Origin: Candidatus Omnitrophota bacterium
GTDB lineage: Bacteria > Omnitrophota > Gorgyraeia > Zapsychrales > Zapsychraceae
Assembly: GCA_015233115.1 (NCBI GenBank)
Contig: JADFYJ010000008.1
Location: 40,506-104,505, forward strand
Length of the DNA: 64,000 nucleotides
Direction of reading: 5' to 3'
Shown here: piece after piece, positions 8,223 to 17,923 of the stretch
How the letters are laid out: the number at the start of each line of letters is the position of its first letter
Position numbering within the stretch: the stretch's first letter is position 1
Notes under the pieces: model-generated
Seen by the model: the letters and a program-made list of their open reading frames with translations, nothing else
What the model was told of the DNA's origin: nothing
The model's database searches: none
Made by a program: the position numbers and the translations under genes

Positions 8223-10151
8223 ATGATCTACGATGAATTTCAGAAAAAAGCGATTGAGTATATTGACCAGGGGCATTCGGTCATTGTTTCTGCTCCGACC
8301 GGGGCAGGGAAGACTGCTATTGCGGAATACGTGATTCAGGAAGCTTTAAAACGCGGACAGAAAGTTATTTACACTGCGCCGATCAAGGCTTTATCCAATC
8401 AAAAATTCCGGGATTTTCAGGCGACCAATCCGGACATGATCGGTTTGTTGACCGGAGATGTGACTATTAACGCGTCCGCGCCGGTTTTAATTATGACGAC
8501 GGAAATTTTCCGCAATAAAATTCTTGATCCCAATATGGATTTGAGCAGTTACGGGTGGATTATTTTCGATGAGATTCATTATATTGACGATCAGGAGCGC
8601 GGCACAGTTTGGGAAGAGTCGTTGATTTTTATGCCGGAACACATGCGTTTGCTGGGCTTGTCCGCGACCATCCCGAATATCGATGAGCTGAAAGACTGGC
8701 TGGAAAGTATTCACAAACAGCCGATTAAAATTGTCAAAGAAGATAAACGGCCGGTCCCGCTTAAACTTTTTTTCCAATGCCAAAGCACGATTTACACGGA
8801 TTGGGAAAAATTGGCGAAATATGGGTATCAGTACGGCGCGGGCCATTGTTCCCCGACGCAAAGAGTTCCACACTCATTCAAACTTCACCCTAACCGGTTA
8901 CCACCTTTGATAGAAGATCTGCAGGCCAGGGATAGATTGCCTTGCATTTATTTTGTGTTTAGCCGCAAACAGGCGGAATTTTTAGCTGAAGAAATTATGA
9001 CGTTTGATTTTTTAAATTCGGAACAGAAGACCAATATTCTGGGGATTTTTGATGAATTATGTATTAGGTTTGATCTGACCGGAGAACCCAGTGCGTCTAA
9101 ATTGCGGTCATTGATCAGCCGCGGGGTCGCGTATCACCACGCTGGCATGTTGCCAACCTTAAAAGAAGTCGTGGAACAAATTTTTACCCAGCGTCTCTTG
9201 AAAATGATTTTTACGACAGAAACTTTTGCTTTGGGAATTAATATGCCGGCGCGGACTGTGATCTTTGATGAACTGAGTAAATATTATGGCCGGAGCGGAT
9301 TTGAAACTTTGCGGACCAGGGATTTTTATCAAATGGCAGGGCGGGCTGGCCGCAGGTCAATTGATGTGGAAGGTTTTGTGTTTTGCCGGGTGAATCCTCA
9401 TTATATCTCCGCCGCAGAAGTGAACCGTGTCGTTTACGGCAAACCTGAAAAAGTCAATTCACAATTTAATGCCTCTTACGCCACGATATTGAATTTATAC
9501 CGGGTTTATGGTGAGAAATTATACGATATTTATCCACAGTCTTTTCATTATTATCAGGAAAGCAAGAATAACCGGACCAAGGCTATGTATTCCATGAAAG
9601 CCAAGGTGGATATCCTAAAAGAATTAGGCTACATCGACCGGAAAGGTTTAACGGAAAAAGGTGAGTTTGCGTCGCAGATTTATGGCTATGAATTGATTTT
9701 GTCTGAATTATTTGAAGCCGGATTCCTGGACCAGCTATCTTTGCCTGAATTGGCGATATTAATTGGTGCGATCATTTATGAACCGCGTAAAGGAATGACC
9801 AAGCCGCGCTTAAGTCATCGCACACTCCGTATCCAGGATGCGACCAATGAAGTTTTAAAAGGTATTCATCGTTTGGAAAGGGCTACCGGATCAAGAGATC
9901 GTACAAAAATGACCTTTTTTCATCTGACGGATGCCATTGAATCGTGGGTTAGAGGCAAAGATTTCGGGGAAGTCAGCGAACAAGCCACAGCAGATGAGGG
10001 CGAGATCGTCCGCTATTTCCGCATGATCATCCAGGTTTTGCGCCAAATGGCTGAATGTCCGGTGACTGAAGAATTCAGAACAAAATTAAGAGACCTAGTG
10101 CGGATCATGAACCGTGATGTCGTAGATTCAGAAAAGCAGTTGAGAAGTTAA
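8223..10151 (+). CDS. Ski2-like DEAD/DEAH box RNA helicase (HelY-like, DSHCT C-terminus)
   Basis: APTGAGKT, PIKALSNQK, DEIHY, LSAT, HHAGMLP, TETFALGINMPA, QMAGRAGRR, DEG.IVR motifs. Confidence 0.95.
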   Translation: MIYDEFQKKAIEYIDQGHSVIVSAPTGAGKTAIAEYVIQEALKRGQKVIYTAPIKALSNQKFRDFQATNPDMIGLLTGDVTINASAPVLIMTTEIFRNKILDPNMDLSSYGWIIFDEIHYIDDQERGTVWEESLIFMPEHMRLLGLSATIPNIDELKDWLESIHKQPIKIVKEDKRPVPLKLFFQCQSTIYTDWEKLAKYGYQYGAGHCSPTQRVPHSFKLHPNRLPPLIEDLQARDRLPCIYFVFSRKQAEFLAEEIMTFDFLNSEQKTNILGIFDELCIRFDLTGEPSASKLRSLISRGVAYHHAGMLPTLKEVVEQIFTQRLLKMIFTTETFALGINMPARTVIFDELSKYYGRSGFETLRTRDFYQMAGRAGRRSIDVEGFVFCRVNPHYISAAEVNRVVYGKPEKVNSQFNASYATILNLYRVYGEKLYDIYPQSFHYYQESKNNRTKAMYSMKAKVDILKELGYIDRKGLTEKGEFASQIYGYELILSELFEAGFLDQLSLPELAILIGAIIYEPRKGMTKPRLSHRTLRIQDATNEVLKGIHRLERATGSRDRTKMTFFHLTDAIESWVRGKDFGEVSEQATADEGEIVRYFRMIIQVLRQMAECPVTEEFRTKLRDLVRIMNRDVVDSEKQLRS

Positions 10152-10193
10152 TTCTCTTTACCTTTGAGATTTTTTTGATAGAATACACCAACT

Positions 10194-10535
10194 ATGCAAT
10201 TTCAAAATCGTCGTTCCTATAATCGTGTTCATTTTTTACGTCCGATCCTGATCATTATTGATCCGCAGGTTTCCATCAACGGGCGGCTGCGGGATATTTC
10301 TCCGAAGAGCGCTTTTGTGGAAATGAAATATAATGTTTATTTGAAGAATGACGATGAATTGAAATTTAGGATCCAGATTGATCCGGAAAACCCGGACAGT
10401 GTTATCTCAGGTGACGCGAGGATCTCACGTATTGCTCCCGGAGAAGGTTTAGCGATTTATTTTCATAATTTGCCTGATGAAGAAACAAAAAAAATTGAGC
10501 AATTAGTCGCGAGTAATTCTGCCGGACAGTTTTAA
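10194..10535 (+). CDS. PilZ domain protein
   Basis: RxxxR (RSYNR) and DIS motif; beta-strand pattern; GLAIYF. Confidence 0.8.
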   Translation: MQFQNRRSYNRVHFLRPILIIIDPQVSINGRLRDISPKSAFVEMKYNVYLKNDDELKFRIQIDPENPDSVISGDARISRIAPGEGLAIYFHNLPDEETKKIEQLVASNSAGQF

Positions 10536-10596
10536 TGGCCTTGCCTGAACACTAGTCACCAGACACAAAATTAACAAACCAAAGTAAAGGCTTATC

Positions 10597-12216
10597 ATGT
10601 TATCAGTTTCAAATGTTTCATTACAGTATGGCAAACGGATATTATTCAAAGAAGTCACGGTGACTTTTGCCAAAGGGAATTGTTACGGGATTATCGGCGC
10701 CAATGGGTCGGGGAAATCTACCTTTTTGAAGATTTTATCCGGCGAAATTGAGACCACGACCGGACAGGTTTCCGTGTCCCCGGGAGAACGTTTGTCCATG
10801 TTGAAACAAGACCAATATGCCTACGATGAATATTCAGTTCTGACCACAGTTATTATGGGTTTTGAACGGTTATATAAAGTGATGCAGGAAAAAGATGCTC
10901 TCTATGCAAAACCGGATTTTTCTGACGCGGATGGGGTCAAGGCATCAGAATTGGAAATGGAATTTGCGGAATTAAACGGGTGGAGCGCGGATGTGGACGC
11001 GGCCAAATTATTGGGCGATCTGGGAATTCCAGAAGAATTTCATCAACTGAAAATGAAACAGCTGGAAGGCGGACAAAAAGTACGGGTTTTGTTGGCCCAG
11101 GCTTTGTTTGGCAATCCGGATATCCTTTTACTCGACGAGCCTACCAATCAATTGGACGTAGAAACCTGTATGTGGCTGGAAGAGTTTCTTTATAGTTTCG
11201 AGAATACCGCGATTGTCGTTTCTCATGACCGGCATTTTTTGGATAAAGTGTGTACTCATATCGCGGACATTGATTTCGGCAAGATCGTGTTATATCCGGG
11301 CAATTATTCTTTCTGGAAAGAAACCAGCCAATTGGCCTTGCGCCAGCGTCAAGATCAAAATAAACGGACTGAAGATAAACGCAAAGAATTGCAGGAGTTT
11401 ATCGCTCGGTTTAGCGCGAACGCGTCCAAATCTCGTCAAGCAACCTCTCGGAAAAAACTATTGGAAAAATTAACCTTAGATGACATCCGGCCTTCATCCC
11501 GTAAATATCCGTTTGTGGGTTTTACCGCGGAACGGGAAGCGGGGAATGATCTCTTGAATATCGAACACATGTCCAAAGCTCTCGACGGACAGGTGATGTT
11601 TAAAGATATGACTATCCGGATTAACCGGGGAGATAAGATTGCGCTTATTGGCCGGAACGCTTTAGCCAAAACAACTTTATTTCAAATTTTGATGGGTGAA
11701 CTACAGCCGGATGAAGGATCCTTTAAGTGGGGCATTACCACGTCCCAAGCGTATTTCCCCAAAGAAAACAGTAAATATTTTGATTCTGATATCAGCATTG
11801 TGGATTGGCTGAAACAATTTTCTAAAGATAATAAAGAAGAAAATTTTATCCGTGGATTTTTGGGCCGTATGCTGTTTACAGGCGAAGAATCTTTAAAACC
11901 GGTGAAGGTTTTATCCGGCGGGGAAAAAGTGCGCTGTATTCTCTCCAAAATGATGTTGACCGGCGCCAATGTGTTAATTTTGGATGAGCCGACTAATCAT
12001 TTGGATTTGGAATCCATTAGCGCGTTGAACGATGGCATGGAAAAATTTCGCGGGACCATATTATTTTCATCCCACGACCATCAATTTGTGCAAACCGTAG
12101 CTAACCGTATCATTGAGATTATGCCTAACGGGATTATTGATAAAGCCGATATTACTTTTGATGATTATTTAGCGGATTCGACTGTTAATGAAAGAAGAAA
12201 GCAGTTGATGGCGTAA
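10597..12216 (+). CDS. ABC-F family ATPase (YbiT-like)
   Basis: Two ABC domains, GANGSGKST, two LDEPTN motifs, RFSANASKSRQATSR linker, no TM segments. Confidence 0.95.
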   Translation: MLSVSNVSLQYGKRILFKEVTVTFAKGNCYGIIGANGSGKSTFLKILSGEIETTTGQVSVSPGERLSMLKQDQYAYDEYSVLTTVIMGFERLYKVMQEKDALYAKPDFSDADGVKASELEMEFAELNGWSADVDAAKLLGDLGIPEEFHQLKMKQLEGGQKVRVLLAQALFGNPDILLLDEPTNQLDVETCMWLEEFLYSFENTAIVVSHDRHFLDKVCTHIADIDFGKIVLYPGNYSFWKETSQLALRQRQDQNKRTEDKRKELQEFIARFSANASKSRQATSRKKLLEKLTLDDIRPSSRKYPFVGFTAEREAGNDLLNIEHMSKALDGQVMFKDMTIRINRGDKIALIGRNALAKTTLFQILMGELQPDEGSFKWGITTSQAYFPKENSKYFDSDISIVDWLKQFSKDNKEENFIRGFLGRMLFTGEESLKPVKVLSGGEKVRCILSKMMLTGANVLILDEPTNHLDLESISALNDGMEKFRGTILFSSHDHQFVQTVANRIIEIMPNGIIDKADITFDDYLADSTVNERRKQLMA

Positions 12217-12372
12217 ATGTGGCTAAAGGTTTATGGCATGAAATTGAATTTTAATATATAATTAAAAGCAATCATTAGCATTTAGTTGGTTTTTTAAAAA
12301 AGATTTTGTTTTTTGGTTTTTCACTCTGTTACTTGTTACCCTGTCACATTGTTACTTTTTAAAGGAGCTTCA

Positions 12373-12615
12373 ATGGCCTACAAACAAGAAGTGATCGATT
12401 GCCTTGAGAACATGGTTGACGCACAAAACGAAGTGATTAAGCATTTTGCCCGCCAAGATATCTTATTAATGATCATGCCCCAGTTGATCAAACAAACCTC
12501 TGCCGATGAAACTCGAAATAAACTTAAAGATCTGCAGGATGATGCTGAAGTGCAGCGCGGGTCTGTTGAAACTCTTCTTAATAAGATTAAAGAGGAGGAC
12601 CGGGATGTTTATTAA
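12373..12615 (+). CDS. Small helical hypothetical protein
   Basis: AAAGGAG RBS before ATG 12373; overlaps the next gene. Confidence 0.7.
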   Translation: MAYKQEVIDCLENMVDAQNEVIKHFARQDILLMIMPQLIKQTSADETRNKLKDLQDDAEVQRGSVETLLNKIKEEDRDVY

Positions 12616-13078
12616 AGATGAATACCAACAATCTTTACATTTAGCGGTTCATCGTCAGATCAAATCTATTTTTGAACTGCATCAATTGATGATGAATATT
12701 TCCGATGAATCTTTGTTTGAACAATTAAAAGAAATATGTCAGGGCCAAGCCAAGGTATACAGTACATATAAAACCATGCTCGACGCTCTTAAATTGACTC
12801 AGTCTGAAAATCGTTTAGCCAACCGGGAAAACGCTTTGGGCTGGGTTCATGTTCAGGAAAATTTGACTGGATCAACCGGAGACGCAAAGTGTCTGGATAT
12901 TTCTCCGTTAGGTATGCGTATGCAATTGGAAAGTACAGAAGATATTAATGCGGGAAGAAAATTTAATGTGTGGATTGATTTGTTAGACAGGGGTCAGACT
13001 TTACGACGAGTTGGGGTGGTGAAGTGGGCCAGGAAAATTGCCGAAGCAGAATATCAATGCGGTATACAATTCTGTTAG
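12605..13078 (+). CDS. PilZ domain protein with helical N-terminus
   Basis: RLANR (RxxxR), DISPLG (DxSxxG), GVVKW, GIQF; GAGGAGG RBS. Confidence 0.8.
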   Translation: MFIKDEYQQSLHLAVHRQIKSIFELHQLMMNISDESLFEQLKEICQGQAKVYSTYKTMLDALKLTQSENRLANRENALGWVHVQENLTGSTGDAKCLDISPLGMRMQLESTEDINAGRKFNVWIDLLDRGQTLRRVGVVKWARKIAEAEYQCGIQFC

Positions 13079-13200
13079 GGACTGTTGAAAAACGCCCATC
13101 TGCTGCGTTATTCTCTCGCTCGCTTGTGCGGCGTACATCTACAGTACGCCTCCGTGGTCGCTCGGGAATGCCTTGCATCTGGGCATTTTTGAACAGTCCT
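13077..13200. mobile_element. ~124-bp MITE-like palindromic element, intergenic copy
   Basis: Inverted ends ggactgttgaaaaacgcccatctgc / gcatctgggcatttttgaacagtcc; second, inverted copy at 32936-33059. Confidence 0.85.
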
Positions 13201-13225
13201 GTATAAAATATATTTGAGAATATTA

Positions 13226-13642
13226 ATGATGAATATTGAGAATTATGGGGATGTTGTAAATGGTGGTTTGGCGGGGGAGATTAAGGCGGTGTTGGCGCAC
13301 GCGCAAAAGCCGTTGGCCTGCTTGCATCAAAATCCTTCAGACCGGGCCGCTCTTAATGAATTGATTGTGTGCTCGTACGCGTTGACGACCATGAAAACTT
13401 TGAGCGAACAATGCGATTTCGAAGATCTCTTCGCGGGTCTGCAATCTTTGCTCCAGCAATACGAACAATTAAACAAAGAGGTTGATACTGCTCTTTTGGA
13501 TATCGTAGAACAATGTTATGTGCTTTTGAGTGATTATCACGACATTGTTGCCATGGATTTAGACACCGTTATATTGCAGGACCGGAAACGAAATTTAATG
13601 ATGAGTATTGATATGACATACAGATATAAAGTGACAGAGTAA
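13226..13642 (+). CDS. Hypothetical helical protein (Hpt-like bundle, no obvious phospho-His)
   Basis: ORF with helical pattern reminiscent of CheA P1/Hpt; start uncertain. Confidence 0.5.
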   Translation: MMNIENYGDVVNGGLAGEIKAVLAHAQKPLACLHQNPSDRAALNELIVCSYALTTMKTLSEQCDFEDLFAGLQSLLQQYEQLNKEVDTALLDIVEQCYVLLSDYHDIVAMDLDTVILQDRKRNLMMSIDMTYRYKVTE

Positions 13643-13792
13643 CCAAGTAACAGAGTAACAGAGAAAAAACGATAGGCAAATACAGTTAATAACAAAAAAA
13701 TAAAAAATTTATCGTGTTTTTTATTTGTTAGTTTTTATGTTTTGTTTTTGCTGTCACTTTGTTGCTTGGTTACTCGGTTACTTTGTTACTTT
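13628..13792. repeat. Inverted pair of octamer (AGTAACNN) tandem arms around an A-rich then T-rich spacer
   Basis: gtgacagagtaaccaagtaacagagtaacagag versus ctgtcactttgttgcttggttactcggttactttgttac. Confidence 0.85.
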
Positions 13793-13820
13793 AAAATTTA
13801 GACAAAACAAGCGAGGTTCT

Positions 13821-14135
13821 ATGGATTTAAATGAATACCAAAAAAAATGTCTTAATACATGGATCGGCGGGGAGAAACTCATTAGATCTTATTTAGGGGT
13901 GTGTGGCGAGGCTGGCGAATTATCTGAAGGTGCTAAAAAATATCTGCGTGGTGATTTTGATTTGCAAGAACTTAAGAACAGATCTATTGGTGAATTAGGA
14001 GATGTGCTGTATTACGTAGCTGTTTGCGCCCATGAATTAGGTTTAGATTTAAATACAGTCGGCGAATTTAACAACGCGAAATTAGCCAAGCGTTATGCCG
14101 AAGGCAAAATTCGAGGTGACGGAAATCAACGGTAA
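13821..14135 (+). CDS. MazG-like nucleoside triphosphate pyrophosphohydrolase
   Basis: LNEYQ, GEAGE, ELGDVLYY, N..KL..RY..G.I.G.G motifs; GAGG RBS. Confidence 0.88.
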   Translation: MDLNEYQKKCLNTWIGGEKLIRSYLGVCGEAGELSEGAKKYLRGDFDLQELKNRSIGELGDVLYYVAVCAHELGLDLNTVGEFNNAKLAKRYAEGKIRGDGNQR

Positions 14136-14145
14136 TAAATAGAAA

Positions 14146-15369
14146 ATGATCTTCGAGCATATAATTAATAAACGTCATCTCAATAACTGGATTAAAATAT
14201 TTTTTGTGATTTTTTTCATGATGACGGCGTCCCATTATTTTTCATCCCGGCCATTGTGGGGGGATGAAGAATTGGTTTTAAAAAATATTCAGGCGCCCGG
14301 ATATTCCTCAATTTTTGCCAAGTTTGTTGAGCCGCAGTTGTTTCCCCGTGTGCAATTAACAGTTGTGAAATTTATTGCCGCGCATTTTAATAATAATGTC
14401 TGGTCCTTGCGTTTCATTTCTTTTATCACTATGCTAACCGCGTTTTGGGTTTGGATTCCCGTCTTTAAAAGATTAAAAGACCCTCATCTCATATGGCTCG
14501 CTGTCCTGTCCTTTGTCGCTAGTTTTCGTTTGGTATATTATGCGTCTGAATTAAAACCCTATGCCATGGATGTGGTGTCATCAGGATTATTCTGTTGGTT
14601 TTTGCTGTATGTCAGCGAACAAGGGGACAGGGTGCAAAATTTTGCTGCACTCAAACCAACAACCAACAACCAACAACCAACAACCGGCGCATTATATCTA
14701 ATGCTAGGCGCATGTCTTTTGCCTCTCTTACTTTTCTGGTCATACGGGGCATTCTTCTTGTTTTGGCTGGTACCTGTTCAATTCTTTTTGTTGAGTCTTA
14801 AAGATAAAAAGTGGCGGCCGTATCTGTGGGCGAGTGTGGCGTCTTCAGTTTTGTGTTTCATAATTTTTTATTTCATTGATCTGCGCTTTTCCCTCAATAT
14901 TCATGCCACCTATGATTATTGGGACAGTTATTTTATTTCCACCCATTCTGTAAAAGATTTTTTTGCCACTTTTTTTGATGGAACCAGAAAATTAGTGGCG
15001 TTTTGGTTTGGGAATACAAAAGCCTTTATCCGCCTCGGTACGCCGTTAATCCCTATTTTTGTAATTGGATTGTTTTATAATGGTATTAAAGATTGGCAGG
15101 CAAATAAAATAGCAATCAGTTCCGTGATGGTTATAGCCCTGGTCATTTTTACCGAATTATTTTTATTCGGCATTTTTAGGAAGTATCCGTTTACCGGAGA
15201 AAGAATCACCTTATTTTTCGCGCCGTTAGTATTTTATGTTTTGATTAAAACTTTGGACGGAATGAAGAAGATTAGACTGTTAGGGACAGTTTGTATGATT
15301 TATTATGTGGGGTTTTGTTTCTTCTCTTTAATTAATACCGCAGTCTTTTTTGTCCGTACTTTTCGATAA
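14146..15369 (+). CDS. Polytopic membrane GT-C fold glycosyltransferase-like protein
   Basis: LWGDE, YYASELKPY, YPF.G.R motifs; about 10 TM segments. Confidence 0.7.
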   Translation: MIFEHIINKRHLNNWIKIFFVIFFMMTASHYFSSRPLWGDEELVLKNIQAPGYSSIFAKFVEPQLFPRVQLTVVKFIAAHFNNNVWSLRFISFITMLTAFWVWIPVFKRLKDPHLIWLAVLSFVASFRLVYYASELKPYAMDVVSSGLFCWFLLYVSEQGDRVQNFAALKPTTNNQQPTTGALYLMLGACLLPLLLFWSYGAFFLFWLVPVQFFLLSLKDKKWRPYLWASVASSVLCFIIFYFIDLRFSLNIHATYDYWDSYFISTHSVKDFFATFFDGTRKLVAFWFGNTKAFIRLGTPLIPIFVIGLFYNGIKDWQANKIAISSVMVIALVIFTELFLFGIFRKYPFTGERITLFFAPLVFYVLIKTLDGMKKIRLLGTVCMIYYVGFCFFSLINTAVFFVRTFR

Positions 15370-16680
15370 AATTCCGTGAAAAATCAAAAACAACAATGGG
15401 GGGATGAGAGAGAGTATCAAACGGTTTACAGAGCTGACCAGCCAAAAGATTAGCGGGATGTGGGTGTTGATAAAATAATTGGCGGTTAAAGTCATCATGT
15501 AGAGGACGGTAAAGCCGACAATTAAAGTGTATGAGGGAACAGTTTTAATTTTTTTCAAATTGAATAAAATTCCGCATAAAATAATAATCCAAATTCCCTG
15601 CCATTTAATACTTAAAAATTCAGCGGCATAATATCGCAAAATGATCGCTAATCTGAACAAAGACGAAGGATTTGTTTTGGATATAAGACCGTTTTCGAAT
15701 TGCAAGCTTGCCGGACGGATAAAAAACTGGAATATGAGAGCAGGCAGAAAAGTCAGGAAAACTCCCAATAAGAATTTGCCAATTATTTTTAATTTACGGT
15801 TAGAAAAATTTTGGTTGATCGCAATCAAAATTAAAACCAAAAACGAAATTAAAATGGTGGAAGCCAAACCTTCATCTTTAATAAAACTCATGGCTCCGCA
15901 AAAAATTCCGGTTAGGAAAAATAATGACGAAGATTTTTGTTCAAGGCTTAAATGGAAGAAGATAAAAACAGCGAGTAAGAAAAACGCGATTAAGACGTCA
16001 GCATATTGGCTGATGGATAAAAGTTGATATAAAGGAAGAAGAGCGAATAAGAAGGCCGGCAAAAAAGACAATTTATGTTTGGTGGTCGTGTAGAGTCCAA
16101 AGCCTAATAGTAAAGGCAGCCCAATCGCGTATGTCAAAGACGAAACTAAAGGAATATATGTCGGCGCGGATTTTCCAAAACACCAGATCCACACATTCAT
16201 CAGCGGCCATAAGAACGGGTAATGATTGCTGGTTTGGAATAAGGCCGGGTCTAACATGTTGCGCCATTGAGTTCCGCCAAGAAAAATGAAACGGGCTTTT
16301 AAATTCCAAATCCCCCAGGCATCCCATCCGCCGTAAGGAAAAAATGACGCAGTCAGTATTAAAGCACTCAGGATGATAAGATAAATGAGGATCGGGATAA
16401 CCGATGGACCACCGCGTCGGTGATCCAGGGACCACCAACGCGGAGATCCATTAAAGATTAAAAAGCTTATTAAAATTATATGAATTACAATAATTAAAAC
16501 CGGCTGGATTTGATTACAAAGTAATAAAGAATAAAAAGTAATTTGTCCGCTCAATAACAAACCTAAACCCATTCCTAAAATATATTTAAGGATGAGAGGA
16601 AATTGATTGTTTTCCGTGACTTTATTTATAGCCAGGAATCCGATCAAAAAGGAAAATAGATAGCCCAAAATATAGAACAT
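15328..16680 (-). CDS. Polytopic membrane GT-C (family 39-like) protein
   Basis: GWDAW.IWNLKA, HYP, QYAD, K.EG motifs; many TM segments. Confidence 0.7.
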   Translation of the reverse strand: MFYILGYLFSFLIGFLAINKVTENNQFPLILKYILGMGLGLLLSGQITFYSLLLCNQIQPVLIIVIHIILISFLIFNGSPRWWSLDHRRGGPSVIPILIYLIILSALILTASFFPYGGWDAWGIWNLKARFIFLGGTQWRNMLDPALFQTSNHYPFLWPLMNVWIWCFGKSAPTYIPLVSSLTYAIGLPLLLGFGLYTTTKHKLSFLPAFLFALLPLYQLLSISQYADVLIAFFLLAVFIFFHLSLEQKSSSLFFLTGIFCGAMSFIKDEGLASTILISFLVLILIAINQNFSNRKLKIIGKFLLGVFLTFLPALIFQFFIRPASLQFENGLISKTNPSSLFRLAIILRYYAAEFLSIKWQGIWIIILCGILFNLKKIKTVPSYTLIVGFTVLYMMTLTANYFINTHIPLIFWLVSSVNRLILSLIPPLLFLIFHGILSKSTDKKDCGIN

Positions 16681-16681
16681 A

Positions 16682-17095
16682 TTAATGATTAAGGTTTTCA
16701 GCGAGGATCACGCCAAAACTGTTCCGTTTTAAGGGTTTTAAATTAAATTTTTGTAAGATCGAAAGCGCGATTTTTTGATCCGCGCAATTTAATAAAATGA
16801 AATGCTGATTGAAGTTTTTTGTGTCAACAATAATGGGAGCCAAGGCATACTGGATTTGCAAATAGCGCAGCATAGGGCCGGCATCTTTGAAATCCTGGTC
16901 AGTAATGTATCCTATCCTGGACTCTCCTTTTAAAATATCTCGCAAAGGGAAAAAGGCTTCACCATAAAATGCGAAAGGAGAATTTTGGCGCAGTCTGCGT
17001 CTGGTATCAGCGGCTAAAGTTATTGCGTTGATACAGGTTACAATAATGACTGCCGCAATAAAAATTTTAATAAGAGTTTCTTTTGGATTTTTCAT
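16682..17095 (-). CDS. Hypothetical membrane-anchored protein
   Basis: N-terminal TM, QYALAP motif; abuts the downstream GT-C gene. Confidence 0.7.
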   Translation of the reverse strand: MKNPKETLIKIFIAAVIIVTCINAITLAADTRRRLRQNSPFAFYGEAFFPLRDILKGESRIGYITDQDFKDAGPMLRYLQIQYALAPIIVDTKNFNQHFILLNCADQKIALSILQKFNLKPLKRNSFGVILAENLNH

Positions 17096-17101
17096 TGATT
17101 T

Positions 17102-17115
17102 GTATTATATAATAC
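17102..17115. promoter_or_regulatory. Bidirectional -10 element (perfect palindrome)
   Basis: gtattatataatac contains TATAAT on both strands, between divergent ATGs at 17095 and 17123. Confidence 0.6.
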
Positions 17116-17122
17116 TCAAAAT

Positions 17123-17842
17123 ATGAAAGACAATTTATTTAAAGAAAATTTGGAGACTCGCCCTTTTGTTTTTGATGATAAAGTGGCGAATGTGTTTGAT
17201 GACATGATTAACCGGTCTGTCCCGGGGTATGCGCCCATTACCGGGTTGATCGGGATTTTGGCACAGAAATATGTTCAGCCTAAAACAAATGTGTATGATT
17301 TGGGGTGTTCGCTGGGAACAGGAACATTATCCATGCGGCGAAAGATAAGTCATGCGGACTGCAAGATTATTGCCATAGATAATTCATCGGCTATGATCGA
17401 ACGCTGCCGGAAAAATATCGAACTCGACCAAACACCTATTCCGGTTGAAGTCCTTTGCGTGGATGTAAGGGATGTCAACATTGAAAATGCGTCAATGGCA
17501 GTCATGAATTTTACTTTACAGTTTATAGAGCCGGCACATCGTTTAAAAGTGATTCAGCGGGTTTATGACGGCTTATTGCCGGGCGGAATTTTTGTTTTAT
17601 CCGAAAAAATTAAATTTAGCGATCCAGTTGAGGATCAAACACAAACTGAGCTGTATTACGCGTATAAAAAAATGAATGGATACAGCGATTTAGAGATCAG
17701 CCAAAAAAGAAATGCTTTGGAAAATGTTTTGTTTCCGGATACGATAGAAGAACATTTTTTACGTTTTAAACAAGCCGGCTTTAAACAGGCTTTTGTATGG
17801 TTTCAGTGTTTTAATTTTGTATCTTTAGTCGCTTTTAAATAA
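17123..17842 (+). CDS. cmoA: Carboxy-S-adenosyl-L-methionine synthase CmoA
   Basis: FDDMINRSVPGY, YDLGCSLG, NFTLQF, NGYS.LEISQKR.ALENV, WFQCFNF motifs. Confidence 0.96.
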   Translation: MKDNLFKENLETRPFVFDDKVANVFDDMINRSVPGYAPITGLIGILAQKYVQPKTNVYDLGCSLGTGTLSMRRKISHADCKIIAIDNSSAMIERCRKNIELDQTPIPVEVLCVDVRDVNIENASMAVMNFTLQFIEPAHRLKVIQRVYDGLLPGGIFVLSEKIKFSDPVEDQTQTELYYAYKKMNGYSDLEISQKRNALENVLFPDTIEEHFLRFKQAGFKQAFVWFQCFNFVSLVAFK

Positions 17843-17923
17843 ATTATTATTAGGTTCAATGCTAACCTTGTTTATGGGCACGCGGTTAATGTGTTTTTTT
17901 ATTAAAATTTTTTGGTATAAATT

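Noticed and set aside
12963-13206. Short ORFs 12963-13178 and 13024-13206, and 32931-33170; the latter two share KRPSAALF.RSLVRRTS
   Set aside because: The similarity comes from the shared 124-bp element. The ORFs overlap real genes and lack RBS support.
13725-13820. Hydrophobic N-terminal extensions in the ORF track (12313, 13725, 34892; also 2108, 6469, 7126, 29124)
   Set aside because: They come from reading through T-rich or repeat intergenic DNA. Downstream ATGs match the family starts and mostly have an SD motif.
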